Shown here one piece after another: positions 1 to 17,465 of a stretch of DNA of 64,000 nt (positions are counted from its first letter, which is position 1; every line of letters begins with the position of its first letter). Position numbers and translations under genes: made by a program. A model generated the notes under the pieces. It did no database searches. It was not told the DNA's origin and saw only the letters and a list, made by a program, of their open reading frames with translations. This DNA comes from the human T2T-CHM13v2.0 reference genome, Homo sapiens: NCBI RefSeq assembly GCF_009914755.1, contig NC_060946.1; one strand, written 5' to 3'.

Positions 1-5
1 ATTTT

Positions 6-658
<653 letters not shown>

Positions 659-792
659 TGACTTGGTTGGGTTCTATGAGTTCTGGGACTTGCCCATCAG
701 TCAGGCTTGGAAAGGAGATGATCTGAAAACTTGTTAGAGAAAAACATGACTTTCCATACTCATACAGAAGGTCTTTCAAAGCTCTCCAACAG

Positions 793-1540
793 TGGATGTA
801 AATTAGCACACCCATTATGGAAAACTGGATGGTGGTCCCTCAAAAAATTAAAAATAGAACTACCATATGATCTAGTAATCCCATGACTGGGCATATAGCC
901 AAAGGAAATGAAATCAGTGTTTTGAAGAGATATCTGCTCTCCCATGTTCACTGTAGCATTGTTCACAGTAGTCAAGATGTGGAATCAATATAAATGCCTA
1001 TCAATGAATGAATGGATGAATGGATAAAGAAAATGTAATATACAGTATATACACAATGGGATACTATTCACCCTCAAAAAGAAGGAAATTATGTCATTTA
1101 TGACAACATAAATGAACCTGGAGAACATTATGTTTAGTGAAATACTTTAGACTCAAACAAATACCACATATTGTCACTTACATGTAGAGCCTTAAAAAGT
1201 CAAATTTGTAGAAGCAGAGAGTAGAATGGTGGTTACTAGGGGTTGGGGTGGGGATCTGGGAAGATGTTGGTCAATGGATACAAAATTTCAGTTAAGAGGA
1301 ATAAGTTCAAGAGATCTATTGTACAACATAGTGACTATAGTTAATAGCAACGTATTGTATACTTGAAAATTGCCAAGAGTAGATTTCAACTGTTCTCACC
1401 ACAAAAAATGTTAAGTATTTAAGGTAATGCATATATTTGCTAATTAGCTCAATTGAGCTAATGTATAGATATTTCAAGACATCATATTATATACCCTCAA
1501 TATACATAACTTTTACTTGCCAATTAAAAAATATTTTTAA
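793..1540 (+). mobile_element. 5'-truncated L1 3' end (L1MA-like)
   Basis: L1 ORF2 C-terminus/3' UTR sequence; 15-bp target-site duplication (TSD) aaagctctccaacag at 778-792 and 1541-1555. Confidence 0.85.
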
Positions 1541-2456
1541 AAAGCTCTCCAACAGATGTTAAAATGAAGGCTTGAACTAGGTCCAAGGGGTTTTACCTGG
1601 AGAATGAATTGACTTTTATGCTCTTCCAAGGAAACACATGGGGAAAGAGGCAAGATTTCAGCTCTAGAATGAGAAAGTCTGAGGCAGGAGATGGATGGCA
1701 TTCAAGGCGGCTTGTCACCATAAAGAATCTGTTTTCCTAGGAGACTGAGTACTTAGCTGTGACTCCTGAATAGCTAGAGTTTTGTAGTTGACCTGTGGGA
1801 TTACAGTCATGTTTCAGAAAAATCTCCTAATTCTGGCTCAAGGGATACAAATCTGGCTAGGGGGTTAGGTTAGGGGGTTTCAGGAGAACAAAACTTCAAA
1901 GTTATTACCTAGAAAAATTTAGAATAAACCTATAAAATTGTATTACTGAAAAGAAACTTAGAGACTAGTCAAATTCTTTCATTTTACAGTTGGGGAAACG
2001 GAAGCCAATAGAGGGGAGGTGAGTTTTCCAGGGCCAGGCAGGAACGTGGTGTCTGGCATTTGGCATGCTTAACGCTGCTCAAGGCTGGAATTGAGGAATT
2101 CGGGAGAGTCTTTTAAAAAATTAAAAAACTACAAACTTCATGCATGACTTTGGGCAAACCATTTGCATTCAAATTATATAAAAATGGGAATAATACTTAA
2201 CTAGCCTACTGAGCTGGGCTGCTTATTCATAAGGTTACAATTAGCAGGAGTCACAGTGACTCTTCTAGAAAAGTTCTGGCATGGATTGCATTGGCCTCTG
2301 TGGAGTGTTTATGTTATTCCTTTAGGTGGGCAGACCCTCCTAGTGAGGACTAAACATTATGCGGGAGTGGACTGTGCACAACAGAAAGATGTGTGGCATG
2401 CAGAATAAAATGCCGTGCTTCCCTGTGCCATTGCTAGTCCCTCCTCTTGGCTGTAA

Positions 2457-2819
<363 letters not shown>

Positions 2820-4249
2820 TAAATAGATATTTTCCATTCCTCACCTTACTGGATCCCTCAGTGGCATTCAGCATTATCGATCACTCATCCTTCTTGAGTT
2901 GTTCTCTTCTCTTGGATTCCATCATACTGTATTCTCCTGTTTGTCTTTTTAAATTTTCCCCATCCTCTCTGGCTGCTCCTTTTCATTCCATTTGCAGATT
3001 CAGCCTCCTCCACTCAGCAAGTAGGTGATCCTCCCACCAATCCACACCAACTTGTGTCTATTTTGTCTCCTAATGTATGTCTCTCTATTTTTACTTTTGT
3101 TACCCTAGTCTGATAGACCATTATTTTTTGCCTAGACCACTGTAAAATTATGCACTGTAAAATTGTGTTCAGCAAATATTTGTTGAGTAATTAAATGAAT
3201 GGGGTCTGATAAGAGTGTCATACAGTGGGGAAAGTTCTATCCCAGCTTACCAATTTCAAGGCAAAGTAATCCTGAACGAATGGCAGAGCTAGGGCTGAAA
3301 GCCCTTCCTACTAACTCCTTGAAATGGACCTTTATCAACTGAAAAATGAGATAATTGGACTTGATGATCTTTATAACTTCTATATCTCTGATAGTTTGTG
3401 ATCTATACCACACAAACTCAGAAAGAGCCATTAAAAAAACCTCGCAACAAATGACAAAATAATTAGAATAGGCAGCCTTTAGAATTCATCTTGCAAGGCT
3501 GTAGGTGAGACCATAAATTATTTAAAGATATAAAACCTAGAGGAAAGACAGAATTGTGTTCCAAAAAGATCTCAAGAGGCATGAATGCTGACTCAGATCT
3601 AACCAGCTGAAGTTTAATAGAGGTATAAGTAAAGTTCTAAACATTTGGGTCTCCTAAATGCAGTTAGATAGGAATATAGAGAAGAGAGAGTTCAAGGGAA
3701 CATGAGTTATCTTTGAATATATGAAAGATGGCAAAATGGATAAGGAGTAAGACCTGTTCTGTTGGGTACCATGAGGACTACATTTGATGCTATAGAGAGG
3801 TAGATTTCAGCCTACTCAGAACTGTCTGAGGGCAGGTTCCCTGTAGGGTAGGAGATTTCCTGTTGCTATAGAGATGGGCAGAGGAATGTTGTGGAAGGGA
3901 TTCATGTATCAGATGGATGATAGGTCTAGGTGATCCTAAGGTTACTTTTACTCCTGAAACTGTAAAACTCTTGTTAGTGGGTCCTCAGCTTGGCCTGGCC
4001 TTCTAGCCTCAGCAGGTGTCCCCCTGTACACTCCTTGGTATGGGAAGAATAATAGAGATTATAGCCAACCAGGCTTGCCATAATTGAGAAAACTTTAATA
4101 ACAAGAGTTCCGTATTCCTATTTGGGAAGGTGTAGTATTCCGTATACTGATTTGGGAAGGTATCCCTGTTTAACACATCAAGAAATGAGGCCTAGAGCTT
4201 GACGTAACTTGCTTAGGATCAGAGTTAGAAATACAGCCTTGTCTTTCAA

Positions 4250-5340
4250 AAAAAAAAAAAAAACAAAAAAACTTAATTGAGCTTAAATTCACCTATCCTA
4301 CAATTCCCTCATTTAAAATGTACAATTCAGTGGTTTTTTAAGTATATTCACAGAGTTGTGCAAGCATCACTGAAATAAATTTTAGAAAATTTGTGTCATG
4401 CCATAAAGAAATCCTATACCTGCTAATGAAATGAGCAGTCTCTCCCTATTTCACCCCAACCTCCCAGTCCCTGGCAACCACTAACATACTTTCTGTATTC
4501 CTAGATTTGCCTATTCTGGATATTTCATATAAATAGAATCATATAATACGTGTTTTTTTGTGACTTGCTTCTTTTACTTAACATAATGTTTGCAAGGTTC
4601 ATATGTGTCCTAGCATGTATTTGTATGTCATTCCTTTTTATTGATGAATAATATTCCATCACATGTTTACCCATTTGTCAATTGCTTATGCATTTTGTTT
4701 ATCCACTTATCATTTGGTGGACATTTGTATTGCTCCTCCTTTTTGGGTATTACAAGTAATAATATTACAAACATTAATGTATGAGTTTTTGAGTGGACAT
4801 ATGTTTTCATTTCTCTTGGGTAGAGAGAAATGAAATTCCACCTAGGAATGGAATTTCATTTCTCTTGGGTAGAGAGAAATGAAATTCCACCTAGGAATGG
4901 AATTGATGGGTAATATGGTAGCTGAATGTTTAACCATCTGAAAAACTGACTGACCCAGACTATTTTCTGCAGTGGCTGTACCATTTTACATTCCTGCCAG
5001 CAATATATGAAGGTCCTCATTTCTCCATATCTCCACTCACACTTGTTATTTCTGTTTTTTAAAAATTTATTATCATAGCTATCCTAGTGGGTACAAAGTT
5101 ATTATCCCACTATGGCTTTGATTTGAATTCCCCTGATGTCAAGCATCTTTTCATGTCATTATTGGCTATTTGTATGGCTTTGGAGAAGTGTCTATTCAGA
5201 TCCTTTGGCATTTTAAATTGGGTTGTCATTTTATTATTGAATTTTAGGAGTTCTTTATATGTTCTTATATTAGACCCTTATCAGATACATGATTTGCACG
5301 TTATTTTCTCCCAGTCTGTGGATGGCTTACTTTCTTGAGA
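4250..5340 (-). mobile_element. Old L1 (L1MB-like) 3' fragment
   Basis: Antisense L1 3' end motifs; boundaries approximate. Confidence 0.75.
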
Positions 5341-5432
5341 GCCCCATCTTTTGAATAATAGTTTAAATCTCTTTCTGTTATATCATAAATATTTCAGGTG
5401 AGAGACCTTATAAAAATCCCCTCAGATGGAAA

Positions 5433-5442
5433 CACACATACA

Positions 5443-5485
<43 letters not shown>
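5433..5485. repeat. (CA)n microsatellite
   Basis: Seen directly. Confidence 0.95.
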
Positions 5486-5487
<2 letters not shown>

Positions 5488-5714
5488 CACCACCTTCATC
5501 ATCGTCCAGTTGCAAAGTATTCACCTCAAGTATGTTGTGTCTCTGGCTCTTTGTGGCTGCTGTGGGCTTATAATGGGCTAATAAATTTAAAGCCATAGGA
5601 CTACTTCTTAAAGCTTCTAGTCTTTTTGGAGACAGAAATTGGATAACATGGCATGGTTTCAGAAGGCAAACAAATCTTGAGTCCTCATATATTTTTCAAG
5701 TACAAAAGAGCTGA

Positions 5715-5906
<192 letters not shown>

Positions 5907-6060
5907 TAAATGCAGCTTCCCCCAAGCCACAAAAGCTTGAATGATCAGAGAGGTTCCATCTGTGTTACCCCTCAAGCTAGGGAAGGTTGGCAGATGCCTG
6001 GGTAGAATGGGAATAATTTCTGTGGCTGGTTATATGTGCCATTTGGTGGCATTTAACTTT

Positions 6061-9000
6061 ATTTACTTATTATTTTATTTTATTATTTTTAAATTTTTTA
6101 TTTCCATTCATGTTTGGGAAACAGGTCGTATTTGGTTACATGAGTAAGCTCTTTAGTGGTGATTTGTGAGATTTTGGTACACCCATCACTTGAGCATTAT
6201 ACACTGAACCCAATTTGTAATCTTTTATCCCTCGCCCCCCTCCCACCCGTTTCCCGTGAGTCCCCAAAATCCACTGTATCATTCTTATGCCTTTGCAACC
6301 TCATAGCTTAGCTCCCACTTATAAGTGAGAACATATGATGTTTGGTTTTCCATTCCTGAATTGCTTCACTTAGAATAATAGTCTCCAGTTTCATCCAGTT
6401 GCTGCGAATGCCATTAATTCGTTCCTTTTTATGGCTGAGTAGGATTCCATCATATGTATATATACACCATAATTTCTTTATCCACTTGTTGATTGATGGG
6501 CATTTGGTCTGGTTCCATATTTTTGCAATTATGAATTGTGCTGCTATAAACCTGCGTGTGCAAACATCTTTTTTGTATAACGACTTCTTTTCCTCTGGGT
6601 AGATACCCAGTAGTGGGATTGCTGGATCAAATGGTAGTTCTACTTTTAGTTCTTTAAGGAATGTCCATACTGTTTTCCATAGTGGTTGTATTAGTTTACA
6701 TTCCCACCAACAGTGTAAAAGTGTTCTTTTCACCACATCCACACCAATATCTATTTTTTTTATTTCTAAATTACAGTCATTCTTGGAGTAAGGTGATTAT
6801 TTTTTCCTTGTTAATTTGTTTGAAATTTTTTGTAGATTCTGGATATTAGTCCTTTGTTGGAAGTATAGATTGTGAAGATTTTCTGCCACTGTGTGGGTTG
6901 CCCGTTTACTCTGCTAACTGTTCCTTTTGCTGTGCAGAAGCTCTTTAGTTAAGTCCCACCTATTTATCTTTGTTTTTGTTGCATTTGCCTTTGGGTTCTT
7001 GGTCGTGAACTCTTTGCCTAAGCCAATGCCTAGGAGGGTTTTTCTGATGCTATCTTCTAGAATTTTTATAGTTTCAGGTCTTAGATTTAAGTCCTTGAAT
7101 TATCTCAAGTTGATTTTTGTATAAGGTGAGAGATGAGTATCCAGTTTTATTCTCCTGCATGTGGCTTGCCAATTATCCCAGCACTATTTGTTGAATAGGG
7201 TGTCCTTTCCCCACTTTATATTTTTGTTTGGTTTGTCAAAGATTAGTTGGCTCTAAGTATTTGGGTTTATTTCTGGGTTCTCTCATTCTGTTTCATTAGT
7301 CTCTGTGCCTATTTTTATATCAGTACCATGCTGTTTTGGTGGCTCTGGCCTTATAGTATAGTTTGAAGTCAGGTAATGTGATGCCTCCAGATTTGTTCTT
7401 TTTGCTTAGTCTTGCTTTGGCTATGTGGGCTCTTTTTTTGGTTCCATATGAATGTGAGTATTGTTTTTCCTAGTTCTGTGAAGAATGATGGTGGTATTTT
7501 GATGTGAATTGCATTGAATTTGTAGATTGCTTTTGGCAGTATGGTCATTTTCACAATATTGATTCTACCCATCCATGAGCATGGGATGTGTTTCCATTTG
7601 TTTGTGTCATCTGTGATTTCTTTCAGCAGTGTTTTGTAGTTTTCCTTGTAGAGGTCTTTCACGTCCTTGGTTAGGTATATTCCTAAGTCTTTTTTCCTTT
7701 CTTTTCTTTTCTTTTCTCTTCTCTCTCTTTCTTTTTTTTTTGCAGCTATTGTACAAGGAGTTGAGTTCTTGATTTGATTCTCAGCTTGGTCACTGTTGAT
7801 GTAGCAGAGCTACTGATTTGTGTACATTAATTTTGGGTCCTGAAACTTTGCCAAATTCATTTATCAGTTCTACAAGCATTTTGGAGGAGTCTTTAGGGTT
7901 TTCTAAGTATATGATTGTATCATCAGCAACCAGTGACAGTTTGACTTCCCCTTTACTGATTTGGATGCCATTCATTTCTTTCTTTTGTCTGATTGCTCTG
8001 GCTAGGACTTCCAGTACTATGTTGAATACAAGTGGGTGAGAGTGGGCATCCTTGTCTTGTTCCAATTCTCAGAGGGAATGCTTTCAACTTTTCCCCTTTT
8101 GGTATTATATTGGCTGTGGGTCTGTCATAGATGGCTTTTATTACATTAAGGTATGTCCTTTTATGCCAATTTTGCTGAGTATTTTAATCATAAATGGATG
8201 CTGGATTTTTTCAAATGCTTTTTCTATGTCTGTTGAGATGATCATGTGATTTTTGTTTTTAATTCTGTTTATGTGATGTGTCACACTTATTGACTTGCAT
8301 ATGTTAAACCATCCCTGCATCCCTGGTACGAAACCCACTTGATCATGGTGGATTATCTTTTTGATATGTTTTGAGATTCAGTTAGCTAGTATTTTGTTAA
8401 GGATTTTTGCATCTATGTTCATTAGAGATATTGGTCTGTAGTTGTCTTTTTTTGTTATGTCCTTTCCTGGTTTTGGTATTAGGGTGATACTGGCTTCATA
8501 GAATGATTTAGGGAGGATTCCTTCTTTCTCTATCTTGTGGAATAGTGTCAATAGGATCGGTACCAATTCTTCTTTGAATGTCTGGTAGAATTCAGCTGTG
8601 AATCCGTCTGGTTCTGGACTTTTTTTGGTTGGTAATTTTTAAATTACCATTTCAACTTCGCTGCTTGCTAATGGTCTGTTCAGGGTATCTAATTCTTCCT
8701 GATTTAAGCTAGGAGGGTTGTATCTCTCCAGGAATTTATCCATCTCCTCTAGGTTTTCTGGTTTATGCACATAAAGGTGTTCATAGTAGCCTTGAATTAT
8801 CTTTTGTATTTCTGTGGTGTCAGTTGTAATATCTTCTGTTTCATTTCTAATTGTGCTTATTTGGATTTTCTCTCATCTTTTCTTGGTTAATCTTGCTAAT
8901 GGTCTATCAATTTTATTTATCTTTTCAAAGAACCAACTTTTTGTTTCATTTATCTTTTGTATTTTTTTTTTTGTTTCACTTTCTTTTAGTTCTGCCCTGA

Positions 9001-10356
9001 TCTTGGTTATTTCCTTTCTTCTGCTGGGCTTGGGTTTGGTTTGTTCTTGTTCCTCTAGTTCCTTGAGGTGTGACCTTAGATTGTCTATTGTGCTCTTTCA
9101 GACTTTTTGATGTAGGCATTTAGGGCTATGAACTTTCCTCTTAACACCACCTTTGCTGTATCCCAGAGGTTTTGATAGGTTGTGTCACTATTATCTTTCA
9201 GTTCAAAAAATTTTAAAATTTCCATCTTGATTTCATTGTTGACCCAATGATCATTCAGGAGCAGGTTATTTAATTTCCATGTATTTGCATGGTTTTGAAG
9301 GTTCCCTTTGAAGTTGATTTCCAGTTTTATTCCACTGTGGTCTGAGAGAGTACTTGATATGATTTCAATTTTCTTAAATTTATTTAGACTTGTTTTGTGG
9401 CCTATCATATAGTCTACCTTGGAGAATGTTCCATGCACTGATGAATACAATGTATATTCTGTGGTCAATGGGTACAATGTTCTGTAAATATCTGTTAAGT
9501 CCATTTGTTCCAGGGTATAGCTTAAATCCATTGTTCCTTTGTTGACTTTCTGTCTTGATGACCTGTCTAGTGCTGTCAGTGGAGTATTGAAGTCCTCCAG
9601 TATTATTGTGTTGCTTTCTATCTTATTTCTTAGGCCTAGTAGTAATTGTTTTATACATTTGGGAGGTCCAGTGTTAGGTGGATATATATTTAGGATTGTG
9701 ACATTTTCCCCTTGGACAAGGCCTTTTATCATTATATAATGTTCCTCTTTGTCTTTTTTAACTGCTGTTGCTTTAAAGTTTCTTTTGAAACGTTAAAGAA
9801 TATAAGAAGAGCTACTTGTGCTCACTTTTGGTATCCACTTGCATGGGATGTCTTTTTCCACCCTTTTACCTTAAATTTATGTGAGTCCTTATGTGTTAGG
9901 TGAGTTTCTTGAAGGCAGCAGATACTTGATTGATAAATTCTTATCCATTCTGCAATTCCGTATCTTTTAAGTGGAGCATTTAGGCCATTTATATTCAACG
10001 TTAGTATTGAGATGTGAGGTACTATTCCATTCATCACGCTATTTGTTGAAATACTTCTCCCGTGATCTAGACCTTCAGGTTCCCCAGTGAGGGTCTGTGT
10101 TTGGGGGCGGATGATCCCCCTTTCCCACATTCACAGTTTGGGCTCTCACAGTATTTGGGCTGTCTCCTGGGTCCTGCAGGAGCAATCTGCTACCTTCAGA
10201 GGGTCTGTGGATCCTCTTGGCTTTCCTGGTATATTCCTGCAGTAGTTCTTGGAGCAAAAGTTCATGATGCTAGTCTCTGCATGATGCTCTGTCCATCTGA
10301 GTGGGAGCTACAATTTAGTCCTGCCTCCTGTCTGCCATTTTTTTCTAGATCCTACA
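6061..10356 (-). mobile_element. L1PB-like LINE-1, 4.3 kb, both termini present, ORF1 absent, ORF2 disrupted
   Basis: ORF track shows L1 endonuclease (9085-9732) and RT fragments; 5' UTR-like start at ~10050-10345; TSD gtggc(a/g)tttaacttt at 6046-6060 and 10357-10371. Confidence 0.88.
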
Positions 10357-12949
10357 GTGGCGTTTAACTTTAAATTGGAGATCATTGAACAATGCCCCTC
10401 TGGAGTTAGAAGGGACATAAGAAACACCTAATTTACCCCTCAGGCTGTCATTTGGGTTGAGGCTCATCCTGCCTAAATCCAAACAGTCTGGACAGTGGCA
10501 GAGACAGGACTGGAATCTGCAGCCAACTGAGCCCTTGTCCAAGGCTCCTTATACTGCCCCACACTGTCCTCCTCAGCCCCTCACACTGCAGCTCTCCACA
10601 CTGGCCATCTTTGAGGCCCATGTGCCTCTGATGACTTGACCCCTTGATGCAACATTCTGCAGAACGATTGTGAAGGTTCAGTTGTGCTTGTGAATATACT
10701 CTGTAAAGTCAGTCTAAAACACCAAGCACTGTGCACATTTCTTGTTGTCAAATGGGCTAATAAATGCAATAGGGTCCTGAAAGCATTAAAGTATCAACAC
10801 CTGGGTCAGGTGTGCTCATTATCATGATTATCCATGGAGCAGATGCTCTGGACAGAGGATCAACAGGAGCCTTGCTTGTTTTTCTATGGGGCTAATGCAG
10901 GTCAACCTCCTTAGGGCAGGTGGGCCAAGTCCCTGGGATGTCAGTCAAGGGAAAGTTTCCCAGTGAGTGCAGGAGGGGTATAGGCTGCTACCTCATAGGT
11001 CTCATTTTCAAGATTGGAATGAACGAAGCAAAGCAAACATGGTAGGCCACTTTCAATTGACAAGATACCTGGCACCCAAAGGAGATCTGACTGTGCCAGA
11101 GGATCTTTACTCTGAACCATAGAAAGTAGCACTGTTACCTTGATTGATTTTCCCTTAGAAAGGCACTTACTGACTTTTCCAGTTATTTAGGTGGATCAAA
11201 TGCAAAATGCTACAGAAAATGTTTTGTTGCCTCGTTAGGGATGAATCCCATGGCCCTGAGACTATGTTGGGGCTCACATTTTTGTGTATCCTGTAATTAC
11301 TGCCCTGGGGCTTGTCCCAGTCCTGGATGAGCTCACAGTGATGTGAAACCATTCCAAACTCTGCTGTGGGGACTGTAAGATCAACCAGGAGCTCAGATAA
11401 GGGAGTGATGAGTGTGGCATGAGTGGCTGGGAAAGGCTCCTGGGGAAGGGAGAACCTGAGCTAAGTCCATAATGGTGGGTGGGATATGGAAAAGGGGGAC
11501 AGTGGAAAGGCATTTCAGAGGGAGAAATGTGTGAGTGAAAACATTGCTTTGTGGAGGTCAATTTAAGTTGCAAGTAAGTGAGAAAAGGAATCACAGTCAT
11601 CTTTCTAATTCAATCAAGAGCACAAATAAGAAGAGCTTGCAAGGACATCTCCAGTCTTTTCAGGACTTGAAGTGAAACTCAGCAGGAGGAGAGGTAGAAA
11701 TACCTGGTAGTGTTTCTTCCTATCTAGACCATTCCTTTATAAAATCATCTTGTGTAGTGTTTTTATTAATAACTCCATTATTATGAAGAAGAAGACAAAA
11801 GGGAAGAAGGAGGAGAAGAAGAAAACAATAATAATAGTTTTTACTATTTATTAAGTGCCTGCTATTTGCAAGGTTTTACTCTCACTTAGTTAACTATCAC
11901 TTAGATTAGTTTTACTATCACTAATTCTTTTTTTATCGGAATTTAAAACTTGTTTATCAAAGACACCATTAATCAAGTGAAAAGGGAGAAAATATTTGTT
12001 AAACATATATCTAACAAAGGATTTATATCCAGAATATGTAAGCAGCTCAATAATAAAACAACCAAATTAAGAAACAGCCAAAAGACTAACAAAGCACATT
12101 AAAAAAGTATTCAATGCCATCACTAGGCATCAGGGAAATGGAGATCAAAACCATACACACTAGAGTGACTAAAATTCAAAAGATTGATATCAAATGTTGG
12201 TGAGGGTGTGGGTCAAACAGAATTCTTATACATAGCTGCTAGCAATGCAAAACAGTAGAGGCAATTTGAAAATCAGTCAGGCAGTTTCTCATAAAGTTGG
12301 ATGTCCATCTACCCTATAATCCAGCAGTATCACTCCTTGATATTTACACAAAAGAATGAAAAAATATGTTTGTAAAAACACATGAATATTCTTGCTCAAG
12401 TATACTGCTGTAGATCTTAGTTTGTATTGTACACATGATCATATATGGTCTTGTATTGAGGTCACTGGTGTGTATGTCATGTGACTCCCACAGAATATTC
12501 TCTCAGTGCATGTGTGTGTTTGTATCACTACTACTATCACTAATTCTTATTCCCACCTTGCAAGGTCAGTCCTATTCCCAGTTTACAGATGAAGAACTTG
12601 AGACTCAGAGAGGTTAAGAAATGTCTCCTATGTCACACAGAAATAATAAGAATTTGAATCCAGGACTATCAGGCTCTAAAATTCATACCTTGTTCCCATA
12701 CTCTATTGCCTCTCAAAATGAGATTCTCTTATGGTGGTGAGTGGGCCTAGGCTACTATTGAAAGTCAAGTGTGTTTCACTAATTCATAGGCATGAATGAC
12801 TTTCCTATAGGCAAAAAAAGCTTCAAGCATACATTTTTAAATTATTTTTTCTTGCTGTGGTTATATTTGCTGCTGGTAGTGGTGGTGGTGGTAGTGTGTA
12901 TATGTATGTATGCATATGTATAATACATAGCAATATATACTCATGTAGA

Positions 12950-13229
12950 GGCCGGGTGCGGTGGCTCACGCCTGTAATCCCAGCACTTTGGGAGGCCGAG
13001 GCGGGCGGATCACGAGGTCAGGAGATGGAGACCATCCTGGCTAACATGGTGAAACCGTCTCTACTAAAAAAATACAAAAAATTAGCCGGGCGTGGTGGCG
13101 GGCGCCTGTAGTCCCAGCTACTCAGGAGGCTGAGGCAGGAGAATGGTGTGAATCCGGGTGGCAGAGCTTGCAGTGAGCGGAGATGCACCGCTGCACTCCA
13201 GCCTGGGTGACAGAGCAAGACTCTGTCTC

Positions 13230-13246
<17 letters not shown>
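12950..13246 (+). mobile_element. AluY-type SINE followed by (TA)n
   Basis: Full Alu; TSD atatatactcatgtaga on both sides, the 3' copy ending ~40 bp before the exon 12 acceptor. Confidence 0.92.
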
Positions 13247-13268
<22 letters not shown>

Positions 13269-13277
13269 CTCATGTAG

Positions 13278-13589
<312 letters not shown>

Positions 13590-13728
13590 TGAGCAGACAC
13601 GGATGTGCTGCTGAGGGTTTGTAGGGAAAGCCTCCAGGGACCATGGGGCTCTCTGTTGGAGTGAGCTCCTCGGGAGTTGGTATGGGAGGGTCCACGTTCT
13701 GTCTCCTCTGTCCAAGATTAGATTTTCT

Positions 13729-13841
13729 TAAAAATTTTTTTTAATAGAGGTGAGGACTCACTATGTTGCCCAGGCTGGTCTTGAACTCCTGAGCTCAAGT
13801 GATCCTCCCACCTCAGCCTCCCAAAGTACTAGGATTACAAG
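13729..13841 (-). mobile_element. FLAM / Alu left monomer
   Basis: Monomer with perfect TSD ccaagattagattttct (13712-13728 and 13842-13858). Confidence 0.85.
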
Positions 13842-15998
13842 CCAAGATTAGATTTTCTATCTAATCTTGGTGATTTTGACCTGACTGCATGGCACTCCCT
13901 AGGCATTCTGTAGCCTCTAGGTGAGTGGGAGAAAGTCCTAGCACAAGGTACCTCCAGTGCTCTACTGTGAACTCGGCTTTCCAGCCAGCACCTCTCAGGG
14001 CCCAGTGAAGACAAAGTCCTGGTGCACAAGCAGTTTATACATAAAACAAAGTGCGTAAGAAGTAAGGGATACAATACAGCACATGATATGAGCAGGAAGG
14101 GATTTAAGAAAGGCTTTATTAGCAGGGACTGAAACTGTCAGGGAAGGCTCCTTGGACCAGCTGGAGCTGGAAGAATTTGAAGTTGGAGAGGGAAGACATG
14201 GCATTCAAGTCAGAGAACAGTACTGCCCAGACCTTTCAGGCAGAAGTAGGACAGGAGTGAGGGTGAAGGACTTGTATGGAATCTCACCTGGCTCAAGGAG
14301 AGTTTGTGAATGTGAAAGATGGAAGATGTGGCTGGAAAGGTAGGTCAGGGTTTCATTAACAGTGATCCCTTTGGTGGAATCTTTAGGTTTTTCTAAATAT
14401 GAGATCATATCATATGTAAATGAGGCCAATTTGACTTCTTCTTTTCCAATTTGGATGCCCTTTTTCTCTTGCCTAACTGCGCTGTCTAGGACTTCCAGTA
14501 CTATGTTGAATAAAAGTGGTGAAAGGGTATCCTTTTCTTTTTCCAGATCTTACCGGAAAGGCTTTCAATTTTTCCCTGTTCAGTATGATGTCAGCTGTGA
14601 GTTTGTCATATATAGCTTATAATCTTTATTGTTTTTGAGGTTTGTTACTTCTGTACCTAATTTGTTGAGTTTTTATTATGAAAAAATTTGAATTTTTAAA
14701 AAATTATTTCGTGGCAAATTTATTGATTTTTTTTGAGACAGGAATCTCACTGTATTGCCAAGGCTAGTCTCAAACTCCTGAACTCAAGTGATTCTTCTGC
14801 CTCAGCCTCCAAAGTAGCGAGGACTACAGGCACACCCCATGCCCAGCTAAGAAATAATTTTTTTGAGTGAAATAGTGCATGGGGGATGAATAGGGAACAT
14901 ATTTTTTTCTTTTTCCTTATTTATTTCTTCATCTAGAAGTCACTTCCAGATGCCAGCATAGGGTGAGGCACTAGCAACACAAAGTGAATGAAACCTGTTT
15001 CCTTTCCTGGGCAATCCCCCGGTTCAGATTGGGAGACAGAGAACTATTGTGATTCCATGGCAGTGTGGTTGGTGCTTGCCTGGATCTGTGTCCACAGTGC
15101 TGTGGCCACAGCAAGAAAGGGTGCACCCACCCTGTGTAGCTTGTCCTATTTAAGCTAGAATGAGGTTACCAGGAAGAGAAGAGCCTGTATTCTCCCAGAT
15201 AGAATGAGCTGTACAAAGACCTGGAGACAAAAACACATGCCATGCCATGTGTGGGGGATAGCTGATAATTTGGAATAGAAAGTGCAGGGATACCAATGGC
15301 TAGCAAAGAGGCTGACCAGCACCTGATAAAACTGTGAAAGCTCTTTTGGGCCACCCTTCTAAGAGCACATTCTATTTTGCCACTGGCCTGCCAAACTCAA
15401 ACCTAGTCCTTTAGGTGAGGACTTACCTAAGGGAAAGATAGAAAGGAAAAAAGGAAGGAGGGAAGGAAGGAAGGAGTAAAAAAAACCCTGAAAAATCATC
15501 CCCTCATGTTTCTGGTCTCTTAAAGTCTTCCATATTCTAATATGCAGACCCAAAATTTAATGTAAAAACACAGTATAATTTTATGTTCTCAAACTAAAAA
15601 TAGTTCATAAAATAAACTACAAAGAGGGCTAAAAAAGTAAGTGTTATTTATATTTTGATGGAAAAGTTTCTTTCTCCTTCATCTTCCAAAGACCCAATTT
15701 CTTTTCCCATGTCTTTGTGAAATACAAATTACCTCACAAGTAATTACTTTTCATCTGAATATGCCTAAATCTGGAGATTGGTGTTGACAGTAGCTGCAGG
15801 TGGAGAGGCTCAAATTATTTTTCAAGTTAAAGGGAATTTTTGGAATCAAGTCTGTAGGTTGACATTCTATTCCAGTTATTAGACACTTTACCCCATTATA
15901 TTATGGCTCCTTGTTTAATGATCGAGGTGAAATCATGTTGCTGAAACATGATAGACAGACACACTGAGTGTGTCTGTCTGAGTGCATAGCACTCCTAG

Positions 15999-17465
<1,467 letters not shown>

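Noticed and set aside
6308-10130. L1 ORF2 fragments as functional genes
   Set aside because: Broken by stops, frameshifts and deletions; a dead element.
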